Assembly (NCBI RefSeq): GCF_006345805.1
Contig: NC_043014.1
Location: 37,758,001-37,822,000 of the forward strand
From: Octopus sinensis
Taxonomy: Eukaryota
Direction of reading: 5' to 3'
DNA: 64,000 nucleotides
Shown piece after piece: positions 36,947 to 51,151 of the stretch. Position 1 is the stretch's first letter. Every line of letters begins with the position of its first letter. The translations under genes were made by a program, and so were the position numbers. The notes below the pieces were generated by a model. It was given only the letters and a program-made list of their open reading frames with translations. It searched no databases and was not told the origin of the DNA.

Positions 36947-39088
36947 TATACACCCACACACATAGGTTCCATCCTCTTTGGATGTATTTAGGCAGTGTTT
37001 TACATATATGCTCATATATTACAAATACACAAACACACACACACAAATATATATTCTTGCATGTTTATCTATTCTCATGTATATTCACTTTATATGCATA
37101 CACATACCATATATATACATTTTCACGCATACTTATTTACATACATTTTTACATCTATACATGCCAAAAAACCCAAGTGTGTATAAGTATATATATTTGT
37201 ATATATATATATGTGTGTGTGTGTGTATATGTATGTATTTATGTATGTACGATGTATATGTGTATATTTGTGTGTCAGTGTGTGTGTGTATTTTTGTGTG
37301 TATGTACATATATGATATTTATTCCTAAGATTGGCACAAGGCCTCAAACTTTCACAGGTGGACATAGGAAGATATACTTTATTAAATCAACACCAATATT
37401 TGGCTGGTACATTATTTTATAAAACCCCTGAGGGAGGGAAGACCTAGTTGACCTCAGTTACAGTTTGAACTTAGAATGTTAAGTACTGTATTTGAATACG
37501 TAAAGGTCTTTTGCCTGATACAACCATTTTGCATATCTACCAAATATTAAATTTTTTATAGAGGTATAAAGCCTCGGTTTGGAGGATGGCTGTAGTTGAT
37601 TATATCAACCCTAATATCTGACTTGTACTTTATTTTTTGACCTTTAGGAGAATGAAAGGCAAAGTTCAGCTCAGCAGGATTTGAACTTAGAATTTCAAAT
37701 TCACAGTTAAACACTGCAAGGCATTTTGTCTGTTATTATAATGATCCTGCAAATCCATCTAAAATTGGTTTCAAATTTTGCCACAAGGCCAGAAATATCG
37801 GTGATGGGGTGGGTGTAAGTCGATTACATTGACCCCAATGCTCAGTTGGTATTTACTTTATTGACCCTGAAAGGGTGATAGGCAAAGTTGACCTCTGGGG
37901 AATTTGAAATCGGAACACAAAGTCAGATAAAATGCCGTGAAGAATTTCGCCTGGTGTGTTCATGATTCTGCCAGCTTGCAGCCTTCAATCCAACTAATAT
38001 TAACACAGGCTCTGCTTAGTTTAATTACAAAAAAAAAACAAAGAAAAACGGAATATATTATTGTTGTGTTGTGAAATTTAGTCATAGAAAATAGTGAATG
38101 TGGAAGCTGAGAAAACAAATATTCACATCTAAGAGAGAAAGATACCCTTTACCAAATGATACAATGGTAATTACAGTTGCATTAATAAATGCATTTGTAG
38201 AATTTGCTGCCAATACGATATCATAAACCCATAACTGGTTGGCTTATTTATATTTGATTTAGAAATGCTTGTAATGAGTTGCATTAGTATTGAGTCAAGA
38301 ATTTAACATTTGTGTTCTTGAAACATAGGATTGTTATCTTGTAATGTACTAATGGAAAGGGATGGATGGTTTCATTGAGAAAAGCCAGTGTCATTGTCTG
38401 GAAGTACTGTTTTTAAAATTATATGATGTTTCCAGTTTCTTCTTTAGCAGTGATAATGTTAAATGAGCAAAAAGATATTTGGATATTGTGAGCCTTAGAT
38501 CTCTGTTTCAAAATCTATTTTATCATTATTATCATTATTATTATCATTTGGAATAATAGCTTGAAATTTTCATACTATGGCCTCATTTTTTTGTAAATCA
38601 ATTTTCTACATTACATTTCAGTCGAGCTATTCTCATGTCTTCTTATTTCTGACAACAGAAAAGCATCAAAACCTTGCTTTAGATGTAAAAGGTTTAAAAA
38701 ATGACCTTTGAACGTAGCTGTGAGATATGTTTAAGGGTGGGCCTCTTGAGGATGATTGAAATGTGTAGAAAATAGAAATATGACTGTTAAGGTTAATAGT
38801 CTAGAAGACTTTCTTTCAGTTTACATATATTTGCAACAAATCATTGCTTTGTATGCAAATAAATAAATAAACTTTCAAAAAATTATTTGGTGAAATTTTT
38901 AAATTTCTAAAATTAATTCTGGCAAAAATTTTTTTTTTAGTTATCAGGTTCTTTTTGATGTGCATTCAGAGATTAAGCATAATTTTTTTGAAGAATATTA
39001 AAGAAGAAAAATATTGAAATTTACTAAGTGTGGAACTAACTGAAAGATAAATAGCTTTAGTGATTTAAGAAGAAAGCATTTTAATAAA

Positions 39089-39150
<62 letters not shown>

Positions 39151-39539
39151 CATTATTATTATTATTAAAATATATTCCAATTATGCAATGGAAGCATCTC
39201 TATAATGTAAATATTATCAATACCACATATTTAATATATGTGTATTGTTTAACCCTTCAGTATTTAAATTACTGCATCAAATGTAATACTTATTTATTCC
39301 CATTTTTTAAAATTAATCATGCATTACCTTAGAGCTTTGAGAGTTTGATGATGTGATTGTTTAATTTTAGAATGACATTGCAGGGTAAGTGTGAGAGGCC
39401 AGATCTGGCTGGTTTGAATATAAAACAGGTAGAATTCTAAATTCTAAAGAGTTAACTGCCAAAAACTGTGGTTTTTCAACTAGAAAAATCTCTTCTTCAA
39501 TGTCATGTACAGTTTTAAAAATTAGACTATACTTTAGAG

Positions 39540-39829
39540 CAGTGGTTCCCAAAGTGAGCGGTACTGCCCCCTTGGGGTGGTGGAAAGATTCAGGGGGAGT
39601 GTTGAAGAAAAGAGGTGTGATAATGAGGAAGCCAAAAGGGGCCAATGGATGTAAAAGAAACCAAAATAATGAGTTAATTAGATTAAGTTTTATTGGTGAT
39701 GTACAGTTGCTTAGAATTTGCCACAGAAAGTGGTCTATGTTTATGGTGGTGAGTAAGGTAGGTGGGGGCGTTGGGAATGTGACCTGGATGCCAGTAGGAT
39801 GGCAGCCTGAAAAAGTTTGGGAACCACTG
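39540..39829. mobile_element. hAT-type MITE
   Basis: TIRs CAGTGGTTCCCAAA/TTTGGGAACCACTG; 8-bp TSD CTTTAGAG/CTATAGAG with one mismatch. Confidence 0.85.
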
Positions 39830-40399
39830 CTATAGAGTCAGGCAATTTCATTTTACTTAGCGCTGAAGTATATTGTGTGTTTTTAACACTATACATATGT
39901 CTTTAAAAGGATTTTTCCCTGATGAAAAACTGCAGCTTTTGGCATTTAAATGGCACTTGTACATTAAGTATGTGGTATCGATAATATTTATTATTATTAC
40001 TATTTTCCCAAACAGTAACTTTCATTCAAAAACAATATCCTTTCTTTGGCATTTCTTCCTTTAATGAAAAATTGTAACTGTTTCTTTTCAGTGTTATTCT
40101 ACTCAAAGATTCAGTGCATTAAATTGAATTAGTATAGCTTTTCATAATTTGGTGCAATACTTAAAGAAACTTGATAGAGATTGTTTTCTTTGTTTCAGTA
40201 ATATATTATTGGTTTTCTTTTAGTATGGCTCAGAGCCAACTTTTGTGAAAGAGCAAAGATAGTTTATTGATTTGACTCTAGCTCTGAAAAATATGGAAAG
40301 CAAAGTTGACACCAGTGGAATATGGATTTAGAATGCAGAGAGCCATGACTAGCAAATGTTACTCATTCAACTGTTTCGTTGAATTGCCAAACTTGCTAT

Positions 40400-40407
40400 A
40401 TACATAC

Positions 40408-40494
<87 letters not shown>

Positions 40495-40509
40495 TATATA
40501 TATATATAT

Positions 40510-40608
<99 letters not shown>

Positions 40609-40649
40609 ATATATATATATATAGATATATATATATATATCTATATATA

Positions 40650-40694
<45 letters not shown>

Positions 40695-40715
40695 ATATAA
40701 TATATATATATATAT
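40400..40715. repeat. Long interrupted (TA)n microsatellite (one of many)
   Basis: Directly visible; other TA, TATC, TATG, GA and ATT tracts occur throughout the window. Confidence 0.95.
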
Positions 40716-41105
40716 GATGGACTCCCCTGTCAAAGATGCTGTACGTCTTCAGTCTTTGCCAAACGACCTGCACAAATGATTTTGTTTATAGTGATCAAAT
40801 GCATGTGCTGTACATTAGCTCACACCTCCATCAAATCGGCATTGCCTGAAAAGGTACATGGTGTACCATGCGCCAGGTGCTAAAGTGATCACAGAGCAGC
40901 ATGGGATTAAGTGTCGTGCTCAAGAACACAAAGCAGCACCTAGTGTAGGAATTGAAACCACAATCATGCGACCGTGAGTGCAACACCCTAAACACTAGGC
41001 CATACACTCCCACTACATATATATATATATAAATACACAATACATATATAAAAATACATACATATACATATATATATATAAATTTACATATATATATATA
41101 TATAT

Positions 41106-41138
<33 letters not shown>

Positions 41139-41242
41139 TATATACATACATATATATATATATATATGCATACACACACACACACATATATATATAAACA
41201 TGTATACATACATAATATATATACATCTATATATATATAAAC

Positions 41243-41273
<31 letters not shown>

Positions 41274-41601
41274 TACATACATACACACATATATACACTC
41301 ATAGCCATATATATGTGTGTGTGTAAGCAAACTTTTATTTTGTTTTTAGAACCATTGAATGTGTACCATATTGTACAGACAAGAAGGTAATATTTTGAAT
41401 GTAGTATAACCATAAAAATATATATGATTGGGTATTATTACTCTTATAAGATGGAAAAAAAGTTGTATCTGAGGGATGTGGATTTGAGTCCCATGGTTGT
41501 TTTTTGACCACCTTTTTTCCGTCTTATAAAGGTAATATTACATAATCTTTTGGGTGTTTTCACAGCTATACTGCATTCGAAATATTAACCTTTGTGTCTG
41601 T

Positions 41602-41644
<43 letters not shown>

Positions 41645-41745
41645 AATGTAGGATAAAATTTTTTTCGAAAACGATATTTTTTAGAAAAAAATTTTATCAA
41701 TGGCCAGCATATTAAAAAATACCTCTGACGGTTAAATTTATAAAC

Positions 41746-42025
41746 AATTCATAAATGAGGGCAAAGGAAAAGATTTCTAATGCCAAATATGCCGAAAAAT
41801 TGGACATATTGTCCATTAACCATATAATTTTTTCACAATACACACGCTACTTGAAAAAAGGTCGACAGAAATTTCTAAAAAATTCCAATAATGGAGAAAT
41901 TTCTGTCGACCTTTTTTCGAGTAGCATGTGTATTGTGAAAAAATTATATGGTTAATGGACAATATGTCCAATTTTTCGGCATATTTAGCATTAGAAATTT
42001 TTTCCTTTGCCCTCATTTATGAATT
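41746..42025. repeat. Near-perfect palindrome, 131-bp arms with an 18-nt spacer
   Basis: Arms 41746-41876 and 41895-42025 are reverse complements; the ORF track gives nearly the same peptide on both strands. Confidence 0.95.
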
Positions 42026-42613
42026 ATATATATATATATATATATGTGTGTATACATTCTTTTCAATGATTTGCTGGAAAAGTATTATCGTTGTTTTTGA
42101 GCAACTTAAAGTTTTACTCAAATACTGTATTTGAGGGTATATAAGACAGACATTGTTTCTTCGAAAAATTATCTCAAAAAATTAAAATTACCCCAGGTCC
42201 TATGTGCAAATTTTGTTCTCCCATGATTAACTAATTTTGTCCCTGATACTGAAAATTCACAGCAGAAATCAGAGTGCATCTAATATAACGCTGTGTCTTT
42301 TATGCCATGAATTACAGCATACTATTCTTCCTATGTATATATTTTTTAAAAGATATCAAATATCTTAAAACTTAGCTTCTTTCGAACTAATGTAAAAGTG
42401 GTCAAGTGGAACACAAATGATATTTATAGTAAGTCTTATCTAAATAGTTCTGAATTGTCATTTTTTAACCTTCTTAGTCAAATTACTATATATTTTCTTA
42501 TTCCTACACACATTTCTATTTAAAAAACTTGATTACAACAATCCTGTGGTATGGTTTAATTTTTAGATATTGCCTATTTTCTCCAACTCTTGTGTAATTT
42601 CTCAAAGTCCACC

Positions 42614-42765
42614 TCAATTGCTTGGTAAACCTTCATTTTGTTGAGCTCTGGCACTCATCTTAAGACGAATGTTTACTATAAATGATAGTACAGAACCTAA
42701 ATAGAAAGCTACTCCACATCCATAAAACACATCTGCAAAGTGTCCTGTTGTATCGTACACCAATC
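42614..42765 (-). CDS. SLC16/MCT-like transporter, last coding exon (GLVYDTTGHFADVFYGCG...GLPSN*)
   Basis: ttatcttatag acceptor, phase 1; G.LYD.TG motif before TM12; TGA stop at 42616-42614. Confidence 0.88.
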
Positions 42766-43046
42766 CTATAAGATAATAAAAGAAAATTGAGAGAAGAATT
42801 GAGATAACTGAACCACAAGTTGGGGAGGAAAAGTGAAAATCAAGGTTTAAAATAAAACAATTGTGGCATAACGAAGTAAAAAAATTCCTTTTTTTTGCTG
42901 GTATTTTTTGTTCCATTATTATTTTCATATAATTATTATATTATTGTGGGTATGTGGTTAATTAGTTTGCCTCACAACCATATAATTCTGCAATCAGTCC
43001 CACTATGCAGTACTTTCTATCATAGATAAAAACTGTTGGAAGACCA

Positions 43047-43097
<51 letters not shown>

Positions 43098-43166
43098 CAC
43101 ATACAAGTCCGACTCTGTGCGGACGTCCAAGTATACAGTTCTGCAAATTATATTCACTTGGACGGC

Positions 43167-43237
43167 CACACCGAAGATCTATGGACATCGTATGTAAGTT
43201 AAATTACGTAATATGGCAATAGTGAAACATGTATGTG
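43167..43237 (+). ncRNA. Hammerhead-like motif with U4C, palindromic stem III ACAUGU, GUA site
   Basis: CACA-CCGAAGA-UCUAU..UAUGUAA/UUACGUA..AUAGU-GAAA-CAUGU-A/UGUG. Confidence 0.6.
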
Positions 43238-43419
43238 AATAATCCATATTTTTATTGCTTTTCTTTTGTCTTACTCGATTACATTTTGGTTATTTGCTGA
43301 ATTTATTTCTGGAGAACATTTCTTAGTGGTAAGACCATAGCGGATCTACTTCTAGCATAAGGGCATCCGCATATTGGTTTCCCTCTCATATGTACATATA
43401 TATATATATATATATATGT

Positions 43420-43455
<36 letters not shown>

Positions 43456-44295
43456 TAATGAAATTCCAACTTAGTTTGATTTTCATGTTTTATTATTTAA
43501 AATTAACACAATTTTGAGATAAACTAGTACTTTCCTGGGATCTTTTCAGTTTGGCCGTCACTCTTTAATTTCTTCAATTTCTGTGCCCATTGATTTCATA
43601 TTATGTGTAATAATGTAGTTTTGTAAGGTCATTATTGACATGAAATTCATTTTCGCCATAGATCAATAAATAAAGAGTTAATAGTTTTTCGAGTCAACAA
43701 ATTTTGGGTAATTTTCGCCAATTATATGCTAGACACATTCATGCTCATTTCCATAGTAACAAGCCAAGCTGTTCCCAAACTATTTACTAACGAGGTCATT
43801 TTTCGCTTATTTATTTGGGATCATAAGATGTGCTAAAAATAATAGCTAAATAGGTTTTTAATCACGCGCTAAAGTGTTTTTTTTTTTGTTTTTGCATAAT
43901 TGTATGAATTCTTATGTGTAGAATACAAATTTACAAAAATTTCCTGAAAATACCAAAAAAATAAAAAAATTTATGAGGTGTTATATGGCGTGTGTAAAGC
44001 AGAATTCCACTAATATTTCACTTGTTTACAGTTGACAACACATGCTGTCATGCACAAAAAGGCAGCTTCCACATCTTGCTTTCTGACTGGGTAAAGATGA
44101 TCAAACTTTAAATCTCTGAAACTCTTTTTTAAAATTTTTTCTAGAAAAAGTTAAATATTCCCCCAATATTCAGCATGGAAAGTTACATCAATATACCAAA
44201 TTTCAAAATTTTCACTAAACTTTGAAATTTCTACAAGTGCACCCAAACAAAAAAAGATTCCTTTCATGGGTTATGCAATCAGCAGGTTTATGTAG

Positions 44296-45060
44296 TGTTG
44301 TAACGTAATTGTTACGTGCAATGAATAAAATAACCAGACAAAAGTGAAAACAATGTGACGAACTAACAAATCTCTTTACGAACCAACAATCAATATTCCT
44401 TGTGAACTAAACAACCAGCACCTTCTGACTTCATTGCGAACTAACTCGAACTTCACTCGACTCCGAACTCTGAACTCAAACTCACTCGGATCGTTACTAT
44501 TTATACATTACTCACACCAGTCTATCTCTCGCAAGGGGGCGTCATAACTCTCATCACAACATCTCCCCTATTGAAATTTCGACTACTGTAAGAAAGTGGA
44601 ATTTCTTTTATTTTAATTTTTTCCTTTCCAGCACCTCTCCCATTTTTTGTTACTTTTAGGTATACTTTTAGATATTCAATCTGTTTTTGTTTTCTGAAGC
44701 TAGTTCTACAGGGTTCAATATCTCTTGGTGCTGGCACTTCAAACATATCACAGAAGACTTCCATTGGCATTACCCTTCGTTCTTCTGTATGTCTCATCTT
44801 CAACTGGTTAAGGTGTCTCTTATGTTCCAAACTTTGTCCTTTAATTAAATACATCATGTTACCTAATCTTTTGATTACACAGCCATCCTCCCAACCTTCT
44901 TCACCATTTTTGTAATTTTTAAAATGAACTTTATCTCCTTCGAAATGTTTTGTAACATTTCTTGCATTTCCGTCAAATGTATATTTTGCTTTTCCTTTAT
45001 ATATATTTTTTCCTGGCAATAATTTATCGAAGATCGATTTTATTTTACGTGCAAACATTA
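44296..45060 (-). mobile_element. Gypsy/Ty3 LTR retrotransposon 3' end: integrase C-terminus, PPT and 266-bp LTR (44296-44561)
   Basis: ORF ..FEGDKVHFKNYKNGEEGWEDGCVIKRLGNMMYLIK..HKRHLNQLK; purine tract TAGGGGAGA abuts an LTR with TGTTG..CAACA ends. Confidence 0.82.
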
Positions 45061-45155
45061 ACTCTGCTGGTTAACACATATTCACATTTGAAACTTGAGA
45101 AAAGTTTTGCATATTTTTACTGTTCCAATCACAAATTAGACTCGTAATGTACGAA

Positions 45156-45308
45156 TTACCGGTCGATTTCTCTTTCTGAAAATCCTAGTTTATCCAGATT
45201 CTCCTTTAAGCTTTTAGTAATAAAACCTAGTGCTCCAATTATTATTGGTATGAATATGAATTCATAGTCTGGATATAGAAGCTGGAGGTTTCGAAGCAGT
45301 TGTCCATA
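45156..45308 (-). mobile_element. Non-LTR retrotransposon fragment, restriction-like endonuclease C-terminus (R4/NeSL-type)
   Basis: YGQLLRNLQLLYPDYEFIFIPIIIGALGFITKSLKENLDKLG. Confidence 0.6.
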
Positions 45309-45556
45309 GATATCCTCTTTTTCTTTCATTTTCAAAGAGATAACTATATCTGCACAGCAATTGACCTCTATGATGGTACATACCTTTGCCCCTCCATTCC
45401 AAACAACAATATCCGGCCTGTTATGCTTATATTAGACAAAAGTTTTGATGGGAATATTCCACCAGTATTCCTTTGTGTATGTATGTATGTATGTATGTAT
45501 GTATGTATGTATGTATGTATGCATGTATGTATGTATGTATGTATGTATGTATGTAT

Positions 45557-46125
45557 AAGGACTTGCTGAAGGTTTCCTTAAGAGATGCTTGCATCTCTCC
45601 TGACACATGGGAAGGCATAGCTATTGATCGTAGCAGGTGGAGAAGGCTTTACATGAGGGGACAGCTACTTTTGAGAAATCTCGAGTTGCACATGAGAAAG
45701 TAAGGAGGGATGTCAGGAAGGGCATCGCTGTTACACTTCCAGATGGGAAAGGTCTTCCTATAATGCTGACATGCAGTGTCTGTGCAAGACCTTGCCTCAG
45801 TAAAGCTGGACTCAAGAGTCATCTTTGTAGTCATAAAGCGAGACAGATGAGTGACAACCTGGCCACTGGTGGTGGTGTAACACACCATACAAATCATATC
45901 TGTCAGGCATGTGGAAGAGAATGTAGTTCGGCAGGAGGACAAACGACATGCAAAGGTACACATGAAGCCCAGTTACAACTACAGCCGGCTATTACCGGTA
46001 AAGGTTTTAGCTGCCAATTCTGTCCAAGACATTGTAGATCTTTAGCTGAGCTAAAAAGTCACATTCGATCACAGCACCAGAAACAGTTAAGCTTCATGCA
46101 ATGGCCATACTTGATAACGAGGGGG
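45557..46125 (+). mobile_element. RTE-clade LINE 3' end with three C2H2-like zinc-finger motifs
   Basis: KDLLKVSLRDACISPDTWEGIAIDRSRWRR, followed (after a frameshift) by CSVCARPCLSKAGLKSH, CQACGREC and CQFCPRHCRSLAELKSH. Confidence 0.7.
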
Positions 46126-46436
46126 CAGCCATCATGTATGTATGTATATCCTTTATTTGTTTCAGTCGTTAGACTGTGGCCATGCTGGGGCACTGCCTTC
46201 AGGAAATATTTCAGTTGAACTTATCGAACCAGTACTTCTTTTCTTTTTTAAGCCTGGTACTTATTCTATCGGGATCTTTTGCTGAACCACTAAGTTATGG
46301 GTATATAAACACACCAATACAGGCTGTCAAGTGGTGGTGGTGGTGGTGGGGGGGACAAACACACACACATATGTATATAAATATAAATATATATATGTTA
46401 TATATATATGTGTGTGTGTGTGTGTGTATCAGCGTA

Positions 46437-46820
46437 TCTCTCTCTATATAAACGGCAGTTTGTCTGTGCATGTTTCTGTGTGTCTGTTAGGTTGTACCCT
46501 CACCCTCACCACGGCTTTCAACCGATTCCAATGAAACTTGACACACACATAGCCCAATGTCATAATTCAAAACTAACGCAGCGAAAATTTTGAAAAGTTC
46601 CCCCAGTTCTGAAAAGAATCGATAAATTCGACATGGGGTCGAGAATCAGAAACACAAACCAAAAACTGTCTAGGGGACGCAACTCCAACTTTTTAAACTC
46701 TCAAAAAAAATTTACCATCATTTTTTTCCATGTTTTTGCTATTTTTTGGCTATAACTCTCTAAAAATGCTTTATAGTTATTTCCCTTACAAACCTGAGCA
46801 ACGCCGGGCGATACTGCTAG
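46437..46820 (+). mobile_element. Non-autonomous Helitron-like element
   Basis: A|TC start; 3' GCAACGCCGGGCGATACTGCTAG|T. Similar TCTA(T)TATA starts occur at about 9568, 14991 and 32935. Confidence 0.7.
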
Positions 46821-46956
46821 TGTATATATATATATATATCATATATATATATATATATAACGGGAAGCTTTATGAAAATAAACAAAAGACGAAGGCAGGT
46901 GGAATACAAACAAACAATTGTATTAGTATGGCGCTCAGGAATATAAATAAAACAAG

Positions 46957-46994
46957 TCTTTTACGTTTCAAGCCTACGCTCTTCAACAGAAAGA
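46957..46994 (-). ncRNA. Minimal hammerhead variant with CUGUUGA core, GUA site
   Basis: UCUUU-CUGUUGA-A-GAGC-GUAG-GCUU-GAAA-CGU-A/AAAGA. Confidence 0.6.
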
Positions 46995-48142
46995 AACACA
47001 GAAAAGAAACACGGAAAGAAACAAGGAGAGAAAAAAAATGTGTGCAGAAGCTAGCGAATCAACATGGCGATATATATATATATATATATACTCACAACAA
47101 AATTATTTCAGTTTCTGTCTACTAAATACATTTACAAAGCTTTAACTGGCCTGAGGCTATAGTAGAAGACATTTGTCCAAGATGCCATGCAGAGGAAGTG
47201 AACCATGTGGTTGGGAAGCAAACTTCTTACCACATAGCCACACATGCACCTATACATACATACATACATACATACATACATACATACATACATACATACA
47301 TACATACATACATACATTACATACATACATGTGTGTGTGTATGCATGTATATATATATTTATATAGATAGATAGATATATGTGTGTGTTTGTGTGTGCGT
47401 GTGCATGTGTAAAATAATAGAAAATTGACTGATTGACATTCTTTATTTTAAATCATTACAATTGTTTCAATGCATTTTTACACTCATAGCACATTGGTGA
47501 GAGGATATGATTAACATATTGTGTAATCATTATCATTCATCGAAGGTGCAAGATGTGTTCCTTCAGGATGAGATCTTGTTCATAATATATTTAGTTGCAC
47601 ATTTCAGTAACACAAGATGATTATTAGTTACATAATGTAAATTATATTATCAAAACTTATTGTCAAATCATATGAGATGTGTAATTTTTGGATGTAAAAT
47701 AACTGGATTGTAGAAATGTAGACATGTTGAGAGAGTCAGGCATTGTGAAAATGGCAAGTGACTTTCAATTAAGACTAGGAAGCGATTTATATTTGTATTA
47801 GGGGAAACCCATATATATGTATATAAACAAATTTAAACTGAGTTCAAATATGCTTGAGAGATAGCAAACCTGTAAAAGGTTTTTTACTACAGTTTTTCAC
47901 AGAGAAAACATTTTTACTTAAAGCAATAAGGTGTCTGCTCTGAACACTCTCTATTTCTTTATTGGACTGATAGATGTATTTTGTATGTTTTACTTCTCCT
48001 CAGTATCAGATACCAAAGAGAAACAACTCTGATATATGTTATCAGTCAATAATATTGATTGATTTCTTATAAATGAAGAAAACTTTACTTCTTAGTCACA
48101 ACAATAAACATAATATGCTAATCAAGTAAATACGCTACTTAC

Positions 48143-48268
48143 CAAATAATGGTGGTCCTATTACATAACCAATTCCATTGAACAAACTTAATAAACTGTA
48201 ACCACTTGCTAGATTTTCAAATCCTACTATCAATGTTGTATATACCACTCGTAGGGAAACACAGAACC
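48143..48268 (-). CDS. SLC16/MCT-like transporter, exon TM10-TM11 (GFCVSLRVVYTTLIVGFENLASGYSLLSLFNGIGYVIGPPLF)
   Basis: ctttctttgacag acceptor, G|gtaagt donor; 126 nt, phase 1-1; G.G..IGPP motif of MCTs. Not in the ORF track. Confidence 0.9.
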
Positions 48269-49861
48269 CTGTCAAAGAAAGAAAAGTTAGCTATAAAATA
48301 ACAAAACAAAAATATACATAGGTAAAAGACATATTACATTGTCAACAGGATATTATTGTGATGGGCAACAGACAGGTAGCGAGGGTAATTTGCTTAACTA
48401 AATACCTTAAACATTTTCTAGTGTTCATTTTTATCTTATCCTTTTGATTTTTTTTCAGTTATTAGGCTGTGGCCATGCTGGGGCATCACCTTGAAGAATT
48501 TTAGTCGAATGAATTGACATGGGTTGGACAGTTCGACCGGGGTCTGGGAAGCCAGGAGGCTACACCAGGCTCCAGTCTGATCTGGCAGTGTTTCTACAGC
48601 TGCATGCCCTTCCTAATGCCAACCACTCCGTGAGTGTAGTTGGTGCTCTTTTATGTGCCACCAGTTTTTTTAAAGCCTGGTACTTATTCTATCGATCTCT
48701 TTTGCCAAACTGCTGTTATGTACACATAACAGTACCAGTTGTCAGGTGCCGGTAGGGGAGGGGGGGAAGAAACACAGACACATAGAGACGCACACACACA
48801 CACAGATATATACATTCCCATGCCAGTGATGCATAAAAGGCACCCCCATGGCAGTGACACATAAAAGACACCAGTACTGGTAACACAAAAAGTGCACCCA
48901 TGCTGGTGACAAATAAAGGGTGCCCTTGCTGACAACATGTAGAAAGCACCCATGTGGGTGACATGTAAAAGGCATTCACTACACTCTAGGAGTGGTTGGC
49001 ATTAGGAAGGGCATCCAGCCATAGAAGCTAAACCAAATCAGACTGATACAACTCCCCAACTTACCAGTTCCAGTTAAACCATATAACTCATGCCAGCATG
49101 GAAATCAGATGCTAAATGATGACGACGACGATGATGATGATGATGATGATGATGATGATAATATATATGAAGGGCTTCTTTCATTTTATCTGCTTAGTAG
49201 TAACAACCAATAGAGTGCACTTTTATCCATCACCATAATCATCATTGTCATCATCATGATCACCATTATTATCATCATTGTCATTGTTTTGGCATCTGTT
49301 TTTCCATGCTGGCGGGTTCAAACAAAATGCATCTAGGCAGATTTTTCTATAGCCAGATGCCCTTCCTGTCATCAGCCCACATATGCTTTCAAGCAAGGTG
49401 ACATTTCTCCTGATCTTTCAAATATAAGCAGCACAATTGTCAGACATGTTTTCATGGAAGATTGCATGGGAAAGGAGCTGCATGTATGATGATCACATTC
49501 CTTTACAATTGGTGTGTGATACCGAGACAACACAGACACAAACTAATCTCCACCAACGCACATACATACGAACATGCAATGATTCTCTTTCATTTTCTGT
49601 TTACCAAAAATATTCCACTCATAAGTCTAAGTGTTCAACAGCTCTCTACTCTTTACTCTTTACTCTTTTACTTGTTTCAGTCATTTGACTGCGGCCATGC
49701 TGGAGCAGCGCCTTTAGTCAAGAAAATCGACCCCAGGACTTATTCTTTGTAAGCCTAGTAATTATTCTATCAGTTCTCTTTTGCCGAACTGCTAAGTTAT
49801 GGAGCTGTAAACACACCAGCACCTGTTGTCAAGCGATGTTGCAGGGGACAAACACACACAA

Positions 49862-49896
<35 letters not shown>

Positions 49897-50644
49897 CGAC
49901 GGGCTTCTTTCAGTTACCATCTACCAAATCCACTCACAAGGCTTTGGTAGGCCTGAGGCTATAGTAGAAGACACTTGTCCAAGGTGCCACGCAGTGGGAC
50001 TGAACCCGGAATCATGTGGTTGGTAAGCAAGCTACTTACCACAAAGCCACTCCTGCGCCAATTCACTAAGTTTTTATATGCACCCAAAATGCATGTAATG
50101 CACCAACAAACATACATATATGTACCTGTGTATGTCAGTGTATGAGTGTACATGAATACACGCACAAACATGTATGTGTAAATGTCAGTGTGTGAGTGTA
50201 TATGTAAACACACACATACATGCACACACATCATCATCATCAGCATCTTCATCATATCGTCATCTGATGTTCTCTTTTCCATGCAGGCATGCGTTGGACA
50301 GAGTTCATTAGAGGCAGATTTTGTACAGCCAGGGAATATTTCCCTATCGTCAGACATGCTCTTGAAGAATGTTTATAAATGAATGACACTGCTTGTATGA
50401 CAGTGACAATCCTTTACAACAATTGCATGATTTCAAGACAAGGAGGCACAAACACTTACACACACACACACACACACACATGACAGGCTTCTCTCAGTTC
50501 CATTTACCAAATTCACTCACAAGTCTTTGGTCACCCTGGAGTTATAGTAGAAGACACTTACCTAGTGTGCCACTGCGTGGCACTGAGCCGAAAACCACAT
50601 GGCTGTGAAGTAAACTTCTTACCACACAGGCATGTCTGTACCCC

Positions 50645-50686
<42 letters not shown>

Positions 50687-51151
50687 ATATACACACATAT
50701 ACATACACACACATATACATACAACTCTCACACACATACATATATGCACATGTGCACATACACACATACATGCACACACATACACACTTACACACATATG
50801 TTCTTTATTGCCCACAAGGGGCTAAACATAGAGGGGACAAATGAGGACAGACAAAGGGATTAAGTCGATTATATCGACCCCAGTGCGAAACTGGTACTTT
50901 ATTTATCGACCCCGAAAGGATGAAAGGCAAAGTTGACCTCGGCGGAATTTGAACTCAGAACGTAACGACAGACAAAATACCGCTAAGCATTTCGCCCAGC
51001 GTGACACATATACACACATAGACATATATATCCTCACACAGATACACACATGCACACACACCGACACATGCATGCATTCATACACACACACATATTTATG
51101 TATAAACATATGCACATACATACATGAAAACGCAAAGTGTTTCTTTCTTAC

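Noticed and set aside
47450-47570. GAAACAATTGTA half-hammerheads (also near 65-80), plus similar half-sites near 8030 and 27680
   Set aside because: A palindromic stem III and GAAA are present but the CUGANGA core or stem I is disrupted; possibly older relics, not called.
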